Source: Halomonas sp. (GTDB lineage Bacteria > Pseudomonadota > Gammaproteobacteria > Pseudomonadales > Halomonadaceae). Taken from it: DNA of 64,000 bases. The position numbers and the translations under genes are program-made. The DNA is taken from NCBI GenBank assembly GCA_017983445.1, contig JAGOBJ010000001.1:125632-189631 (forward strand), in the 5' to 3' direction. Shown here in pieces: positions 20,801 to 27,375 of this stretch (its first letter is position 1; each line of letters begins with the position of its first letter). The notes below the pieces were generated by a model that did not search any database, was not told where the DNA came from, and saw only the letters and a list, made by a program, of their open reading frames with translations.

Positions 20801-21080
20801 TGAGAATGAGATTATCAACGTGCATGGCCGCATCGATAGTGTTGAACGGAATGCCAATGCTGGTTCTGCCAGCGCGATCGCAGCTTCAACTGTACCGCAA
20901 GCCTGGATGCCCGGTAAAAGCATGATAGGTGTAGGTGCAGGTACCTATAGTGGAGAGTCTGCAGTCTCAGTCGGTGTTTCAAGGCTTTCTGACAATGGCC
21001 GCTGGGTTATCCAAGGCAAGGTCACGGGCGATTCGCAAAGCAACTTCGGCGCAGGTATTGGCGCTGGCTGGCACTGGTAA
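11862..21080 (+). CDS. Giant trimeric autotransporter adhesin (YadA/AtaA-like), ~3,070 aa
   Basis: Extended signal peptide MNKVFRLIWNSSLGRLVVASE...AAYA; many YadA head repeats (AIAIG/ALALG); necks R.I.NVA.G...DAVN..QL; C-terminal anchor ending GAGIGAGWHW; RBS AAGGA before ATG 11862. Confidence 0.96.
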   Translation: MNKVFRLIWNSSLGRLVVASEMARASQKATGSSGVVGGAALVPISCHIVRKAFRLLPLTLAMILTGGAAYAQTSVLAGSNILVTPDNATNPTAYTISTEDDVTFNNVSTNELTVSSTAILSALQVTGATTLTGGLVMSNSQITGLANATANDHAVNLGQLNAVSNAANAGWNISAGGGSSENVAPGDSVDFSGDSNINVSRTGTNLTFSLADEINVDRITAGSAAFGSDGLTITGGPSVTSEGIDAGGSTITNLGTGLIGEGSRDAVTGGQVFTYFVEEGLGGGIRYFRANSVLPDSSAEGLDSIAIGPEATTTEFGESAIAMGQGAKAGGENEGGQGAIAIGRGSEAQGNSTIALGDGAQVTGTQDNGFSAGANAIGFDSLASAGNAMALGSSSIASGVGSLAAGYEAEAAADNALAAGTGAYAGTERGIALGSGAGVGTEGTTARDRTDHIAVGTNAGTGVTGNQTTAIGYGAGQNVIGDNNLAFGTEAGRGLVGDHNISIGAQANNGAGNRAQSIAIGDNSGAGTNSVALGSGAQAEGDETLALGKDASAGVNGVALGALAVAEGSNIALGRNSQALGVDASGRGYLTGEPVPVSVVSVGSSAPGGEFQRRIVNVADGSLRYDAVNVGQLQSSQRSITPLIGGGVVFNPDTGTFSTITIDDIEYSSVADAIRGAANGQIDSAALPADVVRYQGAGDNRRISNVGQGQADTDAVNVGQLNEAISDNGIRYFHANTTVDANRQNDGASGANSMAIGPAAVSGGASALAIGHIAVVDSGASSGIAIGHNVNAKAVNSTALGSNGTVAYGQGGVAIGQQAISQGQNSIVIGTDAQADPQSGGTVNNAIVMGTDAEATADNGMAIGENALAAADSAVAHGFGAEALAVDSQAFGTNATTSGVSSQARGTSANASGTNAQASGTNANASGTSAIASGTNAEGLAAHGIAMGTGAISGFEPLTTEEAARNRGSIAIGDRSVANDRNALALGVLTRAEAESAIAVGDRAVASANNALAVGVNSQANALNASTFGFNSRAEAQNASAFGQNAQAAAIDSLAVGPGARATAVDSSAFGRGAEAVHTRSVALGDGARTEAAFNTTGATIDRVPYTYAGTTPIATVSVGTLEGDKRTITNVAAGRVSDISTDAINGSQLFRTNQAVTSLGNNLDTAGQSVANSLGGTSTYNANNHTVSANLSVRGNNYTNVQDAIQYAAQGWNVSANGAASQNIAPNGSVDFNNTDDNIAISRSGSNLTFNLANNVEVGNSVTVGDTVINGDNVTSDSLTIGGSTFVVDGGNATYNGNELATQADGLSFAGNTGGTITKALSDTAPLTISGELDAGDAATGANMRVSSDGNQLNLLMARNLADLDSITINNGGPVINGGGIDMNDTQIVGLADGTADDHAVNLGQLNDLADTPLTFGANQGPDSERRLGQRLDIVGEEDADGNSNIITTLTGEETLALALNDDLTIGNSITIGNTFIDGDSVTTNSVTVNEDLSVGGDTYLGDSFSVVNNEATYTGPITNDNSVVNKQYVDGIETHYYSVNDGDTPRGNYANDGATGLTSLAAGVDASASALRSTALGYSSNAAGIDSIAVGDSLASGRNTIAIGNGAQTDGANTEGVFEGAVAIGYNAKSDGFLATAVGSRAQAVGTGSIAIGDSATTANADATNAESIAIGASSQATGDQSVALGANVVASGNSSTAVGGDDIDKIANNTEQADQYTAITGGTIIPTQYISTTASGAGSSAFGVASVASGNFSSSIGMMSSATGAASVALGVNSNAEGQGALAIGAVSTASNSGSVAVGINSRSAGENAIAIGSGNTATTGANSTGTNSVAIGAGANASVANSVALGAGSIANGTTSTTAYQPLDADGNPIAVAAPTATSEVSVGSSGNERRITNVAAGALDTDAVNVSQLKAVNEVANTPLTFGANQGPDSERRLGQRLDIVGEEDTEGNSNIITTLTDEETLTLALNDDLTINNSITVGDTFMDGDSVTTNNLTVTGETRLGDNFVVNNDGNVTYEGAITDGNHIVNKDYVDGAGDDLIAQGMNFAGNDGQVIHKDLGEQLNVVGGMTDMTEGAASAENLRTVMNDDDELEIQLSRNLTDLESVESTTVNVTEELTVAGNTTINDAGTTTNNLTVTGETRLGDNFFVNNDGNVTYEGAITDGNHIVNKDYVDGAGDDLIAQGMNFAGNDGQVIHKDLGEQLNVVGGMTDMTEDAASAENLRTVMNDDGELELQLSRNLTDLESVESTTVNVTEELTVAGNSTINEGGTTTNNLTVTGETRLGDNFFVNNDGNVTYEGAITDGNHIVNKDYVDGAGDDLIAQGMNFAGNDGQVIHKDLGEQLNVVGGMTDMTEGAASAENLRTVMNDDDELEIQLSRNLTDLESVESTTVNVTEELTVAGNTTINEGGTTTNNLTVTGETRLGDNFVVNNGGNVTYEGDITDGNHITNKQYVDNSVGGLADTPLTFGADEGTDSERRLGDRLDIVGEADADGNRNIVTKLTSNSTLELALNDDLIIGNSISVGDGPVISGGGINMSDTKITNLIAGEVSDDSQDAINGSQLYATNQWIENLQGNFVNIVGDSSNAYITNNGRGIRYVRTNDSGLDVSDAFAQGLGSTALGYEASATADQALAMGYEAVAAHQGSVALGAGAQTSAAVGTASIEIAGQTYQFAGINPVATVSVGSVGAERTITNVAAGRISASSTDAVNGSQLHATNQAVGDLDNRVTTVEGDINNINNDLADLDSRAVKYDRNDDGSVDYTTITLEGEGGTTITNVAAGDITENSMDAVNGSQLWDVQNQITNIEQGGSKYFRANSNGPAASSQGTDSIAMGPSSVAEGERSVASGAGSRAEADGSVALGADSVADREGMNGKRERFSNEEVASTQGAVSVGSAGNERQITNVAGGTQDTDAVNVRQLDAVQRGAANYDRDENGNVDYGTITLRGEEGTTITNLAPGVNASDAVNVGQMNDLGRRFENEIINVHGRIDSVERNANAGSASAIAASTVPQAWMPGKSMIGVGAGTYSGESAVSVGVSRLSDNGRWVIQGKVTGDSQSNFGAGIGAGWHW
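16098..16277 (+). repeat. Dispersed 180-bp adhesin module, copy 1 (others at 17628-17807 and 19257-19436)
   Basis: TPLTFGANQGPDSERRLGQRLDIVGEED...LALNDDLTIGNSIT recurs three times; copies 1 and 2 nearly identical at DNA level. Confidence 0.9.
17841..19232 (+). repeat. Tandem 420-bp (140-aa) repeats, 3 full units plus a partial fourth
   Basis: ACCACCAA(T/C)AACCTGACGGT at 17841, 18261, 18681 and 19101. Confidence 0.96.
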
Positions 21081-21091
21081 AGGAGAAGATC

Positions 21092-21919
21092 GTGATTAAT
21101 TCAAATATGAATATTAAGGCGGCCCTTGGGGTCGCCAGTATGACGGCTGTTCTTACTTTGGCAGGCTGCGCTAGCCCACCCAATAACGACCGGACAGAGT
21201 TGCGTGATGAGGGAGACGGCTTTCCTGCCTTGAATAAAAACTGGTATGCAGGTGGTCAGTTTGTGAATCCTGATGATGTACTTCGCATTACTAAAGGACA
21301 AACAAAAGATCAGGTGCGTCAGCTAATCGGAAATCCTCATTTCACTGAAGGTTTCTTTGGTGTGCGGGAATGGAACTACGTTTTTAACCTTTATACAGGC
21401 AATGGAAACGACTACATCACCTGCCAATATCAAGTTCATTTCGCTGATGATATGGCGTTGGAAAGTACGCGTTGGCGAGAGGCGCAATGCCCATCGCTGC
21501 TAATGCCCATAAAGGTAGAAGAAATCGAACAGCAGCCGCGCCAGGAAAAGCTAACGCTTTCAGGTGATGTTATGTTTGATTTTGATAGTGACCAACTGTC
21601 ACTGGAAGGTCAGCGCGCTTTAGAAATAATTGCTCAAGCAGCTCGCAGTGAATATGAGTCGCCAAAGCTGTCAGTGGTTGGTTACACGGACCGCTTTGGT
21701 AGTGAGCAGTATAACGTTGATTTATCACAATCACGCGCTGAGGCTGCCGGTAAATATCTAAGCAGCCAAGGTATCCAAAGCAGCAATATTACGATGGCTG
21801 GCAGAGGTGAAGCTGAGCCCATAGTAGAGTGTCCAGGAGCGATAGCGACTCCCAGTGTTACGAATTGCCTAAGGCCGAATCGCCGTGTGGAAATAACTAT
21901 TACCGAGCGTACACGCTAA
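21092..21919 (+). CDS. TpgA-like lipoprotein: BamE/SmpA domain plus OmpA-like peptidoglycan-binding domain
   Basis: Lipobox LAGC; GQTKDQVRQLIGNPHF...REWNYVF; GYTDRFGS..YN..LSQSRA and NRRVEI; 11 bp after the adhesin stop. Confidence 0.9.
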   Translation: MINSNMNIKAALGVASMTAVLTLAGCASPPNNDRTELRDEGDGFPALNKNWYAGGQFVNPDDVLRITKGQTKDQVRQLIGNPHFTEGFFGVREWNYVFNLYTGNGNDYITCQYQVHFADDMALESTRWREAQCPSLLMPIKVEEIEQQPRQEKLTLSGDVMFDFDSDQLSLEGQRALEIIAQAARSEYESPKLSVVGYTDRFGSEQYNVDLSQSRAEAAGKYLSSQGIQSSNITMAGRGEAEPIVECPGAIATPSVTNCLRPNRRVEITITERTR

Positions 21920-22007
21920 CCACAAGCATGCGAGTAGCGTTGTTTCACTAAAGAATAGGGGCTACTTACCCTAGCCTCTATTAAAAATTTAAGGAGTTAA
22001 GGAATAT

Positions 22008-22412
22008 ATGAAGTACGCAGGATATATCGTGACATTTAGTATCGCTGTAGTCGTAGCCGTTGGACTATCTGTATTTAGTATTGGAGTATTAGCAGAACAG
22101 CCCGGACGTGACGCTGTTAAGCAAATAGATCAAAGTTCGATATGTATTGCATCAACTGATAGACAAGCTCTCGAATGCCCAGAGGGAGGGCTTTTTTTAG
22201 CAAGATTGGCCATTAATGATGCGGACGTTCAAGCCCCTATGGTAATTGAAAACCGTGTACTCAACACAATGGCTCTTTATTGCGATACTAACTTTGCGAT
22301 CCAGCATACTCAAACTGGCGTATTATGCGTGCTAACACATAAGCGTATGAGTACACAGCCTCAAAATGGTATGACGCAAGAAGCAGAAAGTGCTTCACAA
22401 ACACCTGACTAG
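22008..22412 (+). CDS. Hypothetical exported protein with four Cys
   Basis: RBS AAGGAG/AAGGA; hydrophobic N-terminal signal ending VLA; Cys in ICIAS, LECPE, LYCDT, VLCVL. Confidence 0.7.
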   Translation: MKYAGYIVTFSIAVVVAVGLSVFSIGVLAEQPGRDAVKQIDQSSICIASTDRQALECPEGGLFLARLAINDADVQAPMVIENRVLNTMALYCDTNFAIQHTQTGVLCVLTHKRMSTQPQNGMTQEAESASQTPD

Positions 22413-22695
22413 ATAAGAGTTTTACTAAACGAGCATTTTAAGTAAAAGCAAGTTTTATAATTTAAAGCATTGATGTTTAGAAGCTAATAATTATATAAAG
22501 AAATAGCATGCTTATTATGAAAAAAGGCCATCGAAACAAAAGATGTCGAGATGACAAGAATCATTCAGTATATGCATCTTCAAATATCACAAGGGTGCGT
22601 GTGCGACAGCAATATAAATATTGAACGAAAATAGCAAGCTGCCTTTTTTGCCCGATAGGCCTACGTCTATCGGGCTTTTTCAGAGGAATCAACGT

Positions 22696-23613
22696 ATGAG
22701 GATAATGTCCTGGCTCACTCTCATCCTGTGGGGAACCAGCGCCTTGGTATACGCGGATTACGATACCGGCCTCAATGAATATAATCGTGCAAATTATGCC
22801 TCCGCCATTCATGAATGGCGAACAGACGCTGAGCGAGGAAACGCTGATTCTCAGTTTGCATTAGGGATGATGTACGAACGTGGCCAGGGCGTCAGGCAAA
22901 ATACGAACGAAGCTTTCAAATGGTATCGCCTTTCTGCAGATAACGGCTTGATAGATGCCCAGTTGCGCCTGGGTGAACTTTATCTGTTAGAAGTAATAGA
23001 TGGGGAGCCTGATCAAGCTGCACGCTGGTTCAAGAAAGCGGCAGAGGAAGGCAGCGCCTCAGCGCAGTTTCAACTGGGATTGCTCTATTTGGAAGGACAT
23101 GGTGTTGAGGTATCGACTGAGCAGGCAGCACGATGGTTTGAGCTGGCGGCTGAACAGGGTTTTGTCCCTGCACAAAACAATATTGGAAGTTTATACGAAA
23201 ATGGCCAAGGGGTTGAGCAAAGTTACACCCGCGCGTTTGAATGGTATGAGCGTGCAGCTAAACAAAATGATGCCTTTGCTCAAAATAGCCTTGGGGCACT
23301 TTATGCTAAAGGCAATGGAGTAGAGCGGAACCATGCCTGGGCGGTTTTCTGGTTTGTGATGGCAGCGCAAAGTGGTAATACGTTGGCTCAAGAGAATATT
23401 GCTGCAAGCTTGCAACATCTGGAAGAAAAACAGATGACTGGTAGCCAGGTCAATATTCGAGCGGGTGCCAGTATTGAATTTGAGCGCATTGCCTCACTTT
23501 CAAGAGGCGAGACCGTTTATGTATTAGGGAGTATGGATGGATGGAGCCAAATATATTTTCAACAGGAAGGATTGCCAGTAATAGGCTGGGTATCAAACAC
23601 ACTGATTAATTAA
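22696..23613 (+). CDS. Sel1-like repeat protein with C-terminal SH3b domain
   Basis: Signal peptide; about five SLR units (AQF.LG..Y..G.GV....A..WF..AAE.G); VNIRAGAS...GETVYVLGSMDGWSQI...GWVS; RBS AGAGGA before ATG 22696. Confidence 0.88.
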   Translation: MRIMSWLTLILWGTSALVYADYDTGLNEYNRANYASAIHEWRTDAERGNADSQFALGMMYERGQGVRQNTNEAFKWYRLSADNGLIDAQLRLGELYLLEVIDGEPDQAARWFKKAAEEGSASAQFQLGLLYLEGHGVEVSTEQAARWFELAAEQGFVPAQNNIGSLYENGQGVEQSYTRAFEWYERAAKQNDAFAQNSLGALYAKGNGVERNHAWAVFWFVMAAQSGNTLAQENIAASLQHLEEKQMTGSQVNIRAGASIEFERIASLSRGETVYVLGSMDGWSQIYFQQEGLPVIGWVSNTLIN

Positions 23614-23769
23614 AAAATAGCAGGCAAATAGTCATAGATCAGATGAATGGTTGTAAAAAAAAGTGCTTATCACGTTTTGTGCACGCAGGGACATAATGAA
23701 AAAAATAGCCTATCTGACAGTGCTATAAGAAAATCCTTAATTTTCCGTCACTACAGGCTTGTAAGAATA

Positions 23770-25014
23770 ATGAAGCATTACGTTAACTTATTTATAGGTG
23801 CTATGTTGCTGGCTAGCATAACCGCTAATGCCAGTGATTCTGTTGAAGGCGGACATCGCATTGTTTTAGGAGATACACTATGGAGAATTGCTGAGCGTTA
23901 CTATGGTACTCCTTCTGAATGGTCATTTTTACAACAATTAAATACGATTTCTGAACCTACCAATCTGCAACCTGGATATTTACTGGATGTGGGCATGGTT
24001 GACTCATTTCCTTTAACTGTACTCTACCTTTCTGGAAATGCCTGGTTTATTCAAAACAGTGCCGAAACACGCCTGACAATAGGACAAACCATTGAAGCTG
24101 GAGTTACTCTCTTAACAGGAAGAGACACTGCATTAACATTACAAATGAATGATGGTGCACGAATTGTCGTGCCCTCTATGTCACGCGTTACGCTGAAGCG
24201 TGAGGGGGAAAAAGGGGTTACGCTGTTCCTGGAACAAGGAGAAGTTGAATCCTATGTGCCCACTCAGCGTATGCTGCAACGCCCTTATAATATAGAGACC
24301 TACAATGGTGTGCTGGGAGTCCGCGGAACTCACTTTCAGGCGCGCTATGAATCCAGTGCGTTGTTAGCCTCAGTTTATGAGGGGAACGTAGCAGCTGGAA
24401 ATCATATGGTATCTGAGCAGGCCTTTATTGCTGCGGGAAGAGGCGCGCGAATTGGTAATGAGGGAAATGTTCAAGTTGTCACGCTTCTTCCACCACCGGA
24501 ATATGTCAATATCTCTTCGCTAGCATCTGGTGAGATAAAATTAGATGTATTGTCAACGACGGCGGGTGCAAGATACCGGGCACAAATAGCAAACGACCCA
24601 GGCTTTCTAAATATTTTACGCGATGAGCGAACTGAAATTGGACAGCTGCATTTTACAGCTCTTCCGCCGGGGTTTTATCATCTGCGTATTGCGGAAATAG
24701 ATGAACTAGGGATAGAAGGCTATAGCACTACTCAAATTTTTTATCATCATAGTGAACAGGTAAATTTGTCTTTAGAAGATAATGCATGGCTATTTGAGTG
24801 GAATCATCGGCCTCACAAAAGCTATACCTTACAGCTCGCTACTGATCGTTATTTTAATACGGTCCTGTTAAATTACACACCGCATAAAGCTGGAATTCTG
24901 AAAGTCGATCGTTTGCCTTTTGACGAGATATATTGGCGTATTTCGAGTTTTGACGAGCTGGAAAATACAACCAATGTGATTGGTAATGGAATATTGAATG
25001 ACGCTGAACACTAG
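23770..25014 (+). CDS. LysM-FecR-(Fn3/Ig-like) periplasmic protein
   Basis: Signal MKHYVNL...ANA; LysM GDTLWRIAERYYG...LN.I..P.NLQPG; FecR motif LEQGEV...GVLGVRGTHF; C-terminal YRAQIANDPGF beta modules. Confidence 0.85.
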   Translation: MKHYVNLFIGAMLLASITANASDSVEGGHRIVLGDTLWRIAERYYGTPSEWSFLQQLNTISEPTNLQPGYLLDVGMVDSFPLTVLYLSGNAWFIQNSAETRLTIGQTIEAGVTLLTGRDTALTLQMNDGARIVVPSMSRVTLKREGEKGVTLFLEQGEVESYVPTQRMLQRPYNIETYNGVLGVRGTHFQARYESSALLASVYEGNVAAGNHMVSEQAFIAAGRGARIGNEGNVQVVTLLPPPEYVNISSLASGEIKLDVLSTTAGARYRAQIANDPGFLNILRDERTEIGQLHFTALPPGFYHLRIAEIDELGIEGYSTTQIFYHHSEQVNLSLEDNAWLFEWNHRPHKSYTLQLATDRYFNTVLLNYTPHKAGILKVDRLPFDEIYWRISSFDELENTTNVIGNGILNDAEH

Positions 25015-27286
25015 AGTTTTTTCTCGAAAATTACATAAGCGTTTTGTTATCACATGGTGGGCAATGGGGAGCTTACTGTTACCCATTGCTTTTTTTTTGC
25101 ATAGTTTTTCCCCTTTATTATCGGATAATTACTTTTACGATGCCTGGCTATCCTGGCGAGAAAAGCCTCCTTCTTCAGATATATTGATTGTGGCAATTGA
25201 TGAGTCAAGCCTGCAGGCATTAGGGCGCTGGCCATGGCCCCGTAATATACATGCTCAACTTATTCAGAAATTGCAAGATGACAATGTTGAAAATATTGTT
25301 TTAGATATCTTGTTGGTTGAGCCGAGCCGCTTGCCCAGCGAAGATGTATTGTTAGCCGAATCAATGCGCGAGCATGGAGCCGTCTATCTTCCTGTAAGCC
25401 TTCTTACTGATTACCAGGCTGGGAATAGTATGCGAGATGTCCTAATCCCGACACTACCACTGTTGCAGGCAGCAAAAGCTACGGGCCACATTAATATCGA
25501 TATTGATAAAAATGGTGTGCCCCGTACTGTCGAATTGATAAAGTCGCGCGATGGTCAACAATGGCCTCAGCTAATGGTGCCGGTAAGCGCTGATAGAGCA
25601 ATTAAGCTGCCTTCCCAGCCAGTAAGAATTCCATTTCGAGGCCCTTCTGGTCATTACCCAACAGTTTCTTATGTCGATGTGCTAATGGGATCTGTTCCTG
25701 CTTCCTTATTAAATGGCCGTACCGTCATAATAGGTATTACCGCCCAAGGATTAGGGGATCTATATAATGTATCATTGTTATCTAAAGGGCTGATGCCAGG
25801 AGTTGAGATACATGCCCATTTGCTTGATGCCATTAGAGATGGTGCGCTGATACGTGAAGTAAGGCAAGAATTCGGCGCATTAATGGCTAGTATGCCAATT
25901 ATAATACTAATGCTTTTAGCCTGGTGGTTACGCTTTCGCCATTTATTGCTAACGACAATGCTGCTTAGTATTGGCGTATTGGCTTTTTCTTTAACAATGT
26001 TGAGCTTTCGGTGGTGGTGGCCGCCTACTGCTAGCTTAATAGCGTTAGGTATGGCGTCAATTGTTATTGTTGGGCAAAGCCAAGCAATATTATTGAGTTG
26101 GTTCAAACAGGAGCTAGACCTTTTATACCAAGAGCCTGCTATGTTGCCATATAAAGAAAAAAAGCTAATTCTTAATTCAGGTAGCAGGATCTATCAGCAG
26201 TCGCAAGCACTTGAGTTGGCGTTAAATCGTCTTGTCGATGGCCGTCGCTTTATTTTTGATGCTTTGCACTCTTTACCACTGCCTATTTTTATTTTAAATA
26301 AAGAGGGAGGGGTAATGTTAGCTAACAAGAAAGCTTTAGCGCTTCGTGGAGAAAAAAATTTCTGTAGTATTAAACATATCAATGATTTACTGCAAGCTTT
26401 GACTTTCGAAAAAAACCAAACGTTAACATCATTGTGGCCGCCTGCATTTACTGCTGGAATGATAGAGAAGAATATCTGTAATGGGGGCGTATGCGTTGAT
26501 GGAAAAGGGAGTACTTATCGATTAGAAATGGGTAGCCTGGCAACGTCCGTACGCAGTATTGAAGAAAGTTGGTTGCTATGGTTGGTAGATTTAACAAGTG
26601 AGGTAGAGGCTGAAGCACAGCGCGCCAGTATGTTAAGATTTCTTTCTCATGATATGAAAGCGCCACAAACCAGGGCTTTAGCTCTTATCGATGCCCAGCG
26701 TGAACCGGAATTAGCCCTGTCACAGGAAGTTTTCTATCGCACCTTAGAACAAGACTTAAATACAGGAGTAGGAATGATCAATGATTTCATTGATCTCACA
26801 AGGGTGGAAACGCTAAATTTTGAAAACTCTTTTGTTCTACTAGAGGATATAGTGATAGAGGTATTGGATCAGGTGTTTCCTCTTGCTCAGGCCAAGAGTA
26901 TTAAAATTATTAGTACTTGTAATGATGAAGGTGGAGCTCCCGTGATGGGAGATAAAGGCTATCTCTCCAGAGCTATATTTAATCTGATCGAAAATGCCGT
27001 AAAGTATAGTTACCCTCGTGGAGAAATTCTTGTTCACGTTGTTGTAAATAATAAGTGGGTATATTTAAACGTTATTGATGAAGGGGTAGGTGTTAATAAT
27101 AAGGATATCAATGCTATATTTGAAGATTATAGACGTAGTGGTGAATATAATATGGCGCAAGGACATGGCCTTGGTTTAGCTTTAGTAAAAGCAGTAGCAG
27201 AAAACCATGGCGGTTGCGTGTCTTGTAAGAGTGAGTTGGGAGTAGGGAGCCACTTTATATTCAAAATTCCAAGGCTTGAGGAATAA
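24998..27286 (+). CDS. CHASE2-PAS-like-HisKA-HATPase sensor histidine kinase
   Basis: CHASE2 motif IVAIDESSL..LGRWPWPR; three TM helices; H-box SHDMKAP; N-box NLIENAVKYS; DEGVG; GHGLGL. Confidence 0.93.
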   Translation: MTLNTRVFSRKLHKRFVITWWAMGSLLLPIAFFLHSFSPLLSDNYFYDAWLSWREKPPSSDILIVAIDESSLQALGRWPWPRNIHAQLIQKLQDDNVENIVLDILLVEPSRLPSEDVLLAESMREHGAVYLPVSLLTDYQAGNSMRDVLIPTLPLLQAAKATGHINIDIDKNGVPRTVELIKSRDGQQWPQLMVPVSADRAIKLPSQPVRIPFRGPSGHYPTVSYVDVLMGSVPASLLNGRTVIIGITAQGLGDLYNVSLLSKGLMPGVEIHAHLLDAIRDGALIREVRQEFGALMASMPIIILMLLAWWLRFRHLLLTTMLLSIGVLAFSLTMLSFRWWWPPTASLIALGMASIVIVGQSQAILLSWFKQELDLLYQEPAMLPYKEKKLILNSGSRIYQQSQALELALNRLVDGRRFIFDALHSLPLPIFILNKEGGVMLANKKALALRGEKNFCSIKHINDLLQALTFEKNQTLTSLWPPAFTAGMIEKNICNGGVCVDGKGSTYRLEMGSLATSVRSIEESWLLWLVDLTSEVEAEAQRASMLRFLSHDMKAPQTRALALIDAQREPELALSQEVFYRTLEQDLNTGVGMINDFIDLTRVETLNFENSFVLLEDIVIEVLDQVFPLAQAKSIKIISTCNDEGGAPVMGDKGYLSRAIFNLIENAVKYSYPRGEILVHVVVNNKWVYLNVIDEGVGVNNKDINAIFEDYRRSGEYNMAQGHGLGLALVKAVAENHGGCVSCKSELGVGSHFIFKIPRLEE

Positions 27287-27375
27287 AAACGCTTATAAAC
27301 TTGGCAAGTATGACCGAAGCCTATGAAGAAGAAGGCCATCGTTTGGATGTCGCTTCTCCTGCCTAGCATAGCGTA

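Noticed and set aside
10650-27375. Integrase, transposase or relaxase in the island
   Set aside because: No ORF shows tyrosine or serine recombinase or DDE motifs, and intergenic gaps are too short to hide one.
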